Positions 52,046-53,704 of a DNA stretch of 53,704 nt are shown piece after piece. The first letter of the stretch is position 1. Each line of letters starts with the position of its first letter. The DNA lies in the IMG/VR virus record IMGVR_UViG_3300034779_000011, positions 1-53,704 of that record; one strand, given 5' to 3'. The notes beneath the pieces are model-generated. The model did no database searches. It was not told where the DNA came from and saw only the letters and a program-made list of their open reading frames with translations. The stretch comes from a virus. Taxonomy: Duplodnaviria > Caudoviricetes. Position numbers and translations under genes: made by a program.

Positions 52046-53704
52046 ATGAAGCGCTTCCTGCCGGCCGCCGGCGCGTCGCTCCTGCTCGCCCTGGCCTCCC
52101 CCGCCCTGCACGCGCAGGGCGAGGACGCGCGCGTGCTGCCGCGGGGATGGGTGGAGCTGAAGGGGACGGGGGCGTTCACCCACTACGAGTCGCGCTTCGC
52201 GGACGGGGGCTCGGAGCCGCTGGGGGCCGCGTTCCAGGAGCAGCTGCAGGCGCTCGCCGCGCGCATCTCGGAGCCGGTGGTGCCGCCGCTGCGCTCGCGG
52301 CTGGCCGAGTTCTTCACCGGGACGGCGGCGCGCGTCACGAGCCCGGTGCTCCCGGCGGAGGTGGCGGTGGGGAGCGCGGCCGTGCGGCTCTCGGCCGACC
52401 GCCGCGACGTGCCGCTCACCTTCTCGTACGGGCTCACCGGCCGCGTCACGCTGGAGGCGACGGTCCCGATCCACCGCCGGCAGACGGAGGTGCCGTTCCT
52501 CTTCCTCTCCGGCGCCACGGTGGGCGAGAACCCCAACGCAGGGGTCAACGCGGCTGTGCTGGCGGAGGTCGACTCGGCGTTCGCGGCGCTGGGGCGCTCG
52601 CCGTACCTCCCCACGGCGGGGTCGGAGGCCGGGATCGAGCTGCAGCGGCGGGTGCGCGAGCTCACCGGCGACACCCTGCAGCTGCCGCGGCAGGGGCTCT
52701 CCTTCGCCGACCTGCTGGGCGACACGGCGGCGGCGCGGCTGGCGGGGGCCGACAGCTTCGCGCTGGCGGCCGGGACGCGGCGCACCCCCTACCGGCTGGG
52801 CGACGTGCGGGTGGGGGCGCGGCTCCAGCTCGTGAACTCGGCGCCGGGGTGGCCCTTCCCCGACAGCGCGCGGGGGGGCGGGGTGCGCAGCACGCTGGCG
52901 GTGAGCGCGCGGCTCCCCACGGGCGCCCGGACGCCGCTCACGCTCCTGGAGGTGCCGCCCGAGGGCGGGCACCTCGGGGTGGGGGTGGAGCTGCTGAACG
53001 ACGTCTTCCTCTCGAGCCGGTTCTGGCTGACGGCGGCGGCGTCGTTCGACGTGGCGTTCGCGGCCGACGTGGGGCGGCGGCCGTTCCTGGCCGACACGCT
53101 GTTCCCCAGCGACAGCGCGCCGGCGCGCACGCTGCGCCGCGAGCCGGGGGCGCGGATCACGGCCTCGCTCACGCCGCGCTACCGGCTCACGCGCGAGTTC
53201 GGCTTCGCGGCGCACTACGCCTTCGAGCGCCGGGGGGCGACGACGTTCACCGCCGGCGACGCGCTGGGCGAGGTGCTGCTGGGGCCGGTGGAGACGGCGG
53301 AGGCGTGGACGGCGCACCGCGTGGGGCTGGGGATGAGCTACAGCACCATCGAGGCGGCCCGGCGCGGGCGCACGCCGCTGGCCATCGAGCTGTGGGTGCT
53401 GTACCGCAACACGGTGGCGGGGAGCGGCGGGGCGCCGCACGCGGGGGTGATCGAGGCGGGCGGGCGCCTCCCCTACCAGCTCTTCGGCCGGCCGCCGCGC
53501 GCGCGGGCGGACACGGCGGGGGCGGACTCGGCGGCGCGCGTGCCGCCGCCGCCCGGGGCGGAACCGCCGGTGCGCCGCCCGCCGCTGCCGCTGCCGCTGC
53601 CCCAGCCGGCGCCCGCTCCCGCTCCCCCGCCGGCCCCGCCACCCGCGCCGGCCCGGCCGAGCCCGCCGCCACCGCCTCCTCCTCCGTCGGGGTCGGGCGA
53701 GTGA
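52046..53704 (+). CDS. Host exported protein, probable outer-membrane beta-barrel with Pro-rich tail
   Basis: Signal peptide ending ALHA-Q; LGDVRVGARLQL, RLPTG; very high GC3. Confidence 0.8.
   Translation: MKRFLPAAGASLLLALASPALHAQGEDARVLPRGWVELKGTGAFTHYESRFADGGSEPLGAAFQEQLQALAARISEPVVPPLRSRLAEFFTGTAARVTSPVLPAEVAVGSAAVRLSADRRDVPLTFSYGLTGRVTLEATVPIHRRQTEVPFLFLSGATVGENPNAGVNAAVLAEVDSAFAALGRSPYLPTAGSEAGIELQRRVRELTGDTLQLPRQGLSFADLLGDTAAARLAGADSFALAAGTRRTPYRLGDVRVGARLQLVNSAPGWPFPDSARGGGVRSTLAVSARLPTGARTPLTLLEVPPEGGHLGVGVELLNDVFLSSRFWLTAAASFDVAFAADVGRRPFLADTLFPSDSAPARTLRREPGARITASLTPRYRLTREFGFAAHYAFERRGATTFTAGDALGEVLLGPVETAEAWTAHRVGLGMSYSTIEAARRGRTPLAIELWVLYRNTVAGSGGAPHAGVIEAGGRLPYQLFGRPPRARADTAGADSAARVPPPPGAEPPVRRPPLPLPLPQPAPAPAPPPAPPPAPARPSPPPPPPPPSGSGE

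Noticed and set aside
53540-53690. CCG-rich repeats at the window end
   Set aside because: They simply encode the host protein's Pro-rich tail

Overview
High-GC window that is almost entirely one temperate, lambda-like (cos/GpA terminase) siphoprophage, at least 1-~51660. It ends at the 3' end of a minus-strand tRNA-Cys, which is followed by tRNA-Gly and one host outer-membrane gene. The host style suggests Gemmatimonadota/Longimicrobium (inference only). Gene order: DNA-modification cluster, replication (initiator with iterons, DnaC-like ATPase), two PAPS-reductase-family genes, ECF-like sigma factor, cos, terminase, head, tail, holin-like and accessory genes, a second virion-accessory block, morons, immunity switch, early genes, ParB, Xis-like gene and tyrosine integrase. 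The best candidate for a new system is in the immunity region. A repressor with no autoprotease domain overlaps a stand-alone TPR protein, which converges on a 74-aa lipo-propeptide ending in a Cys-flanked 12-mer (CRNGTLGGGGRC). This resembles an arbitrium/RRNPP-like peptide-signalling lysis-lysogeny module in a probable diderm host. Other highlights are a duplicated promoter + 51-bp structured leader + terminator ahead of both late operons, short diverged paralogues of tail proteins, and a recombination scar joining two PAPS-reductase alleles. All family calls are by eye; no searches were run.
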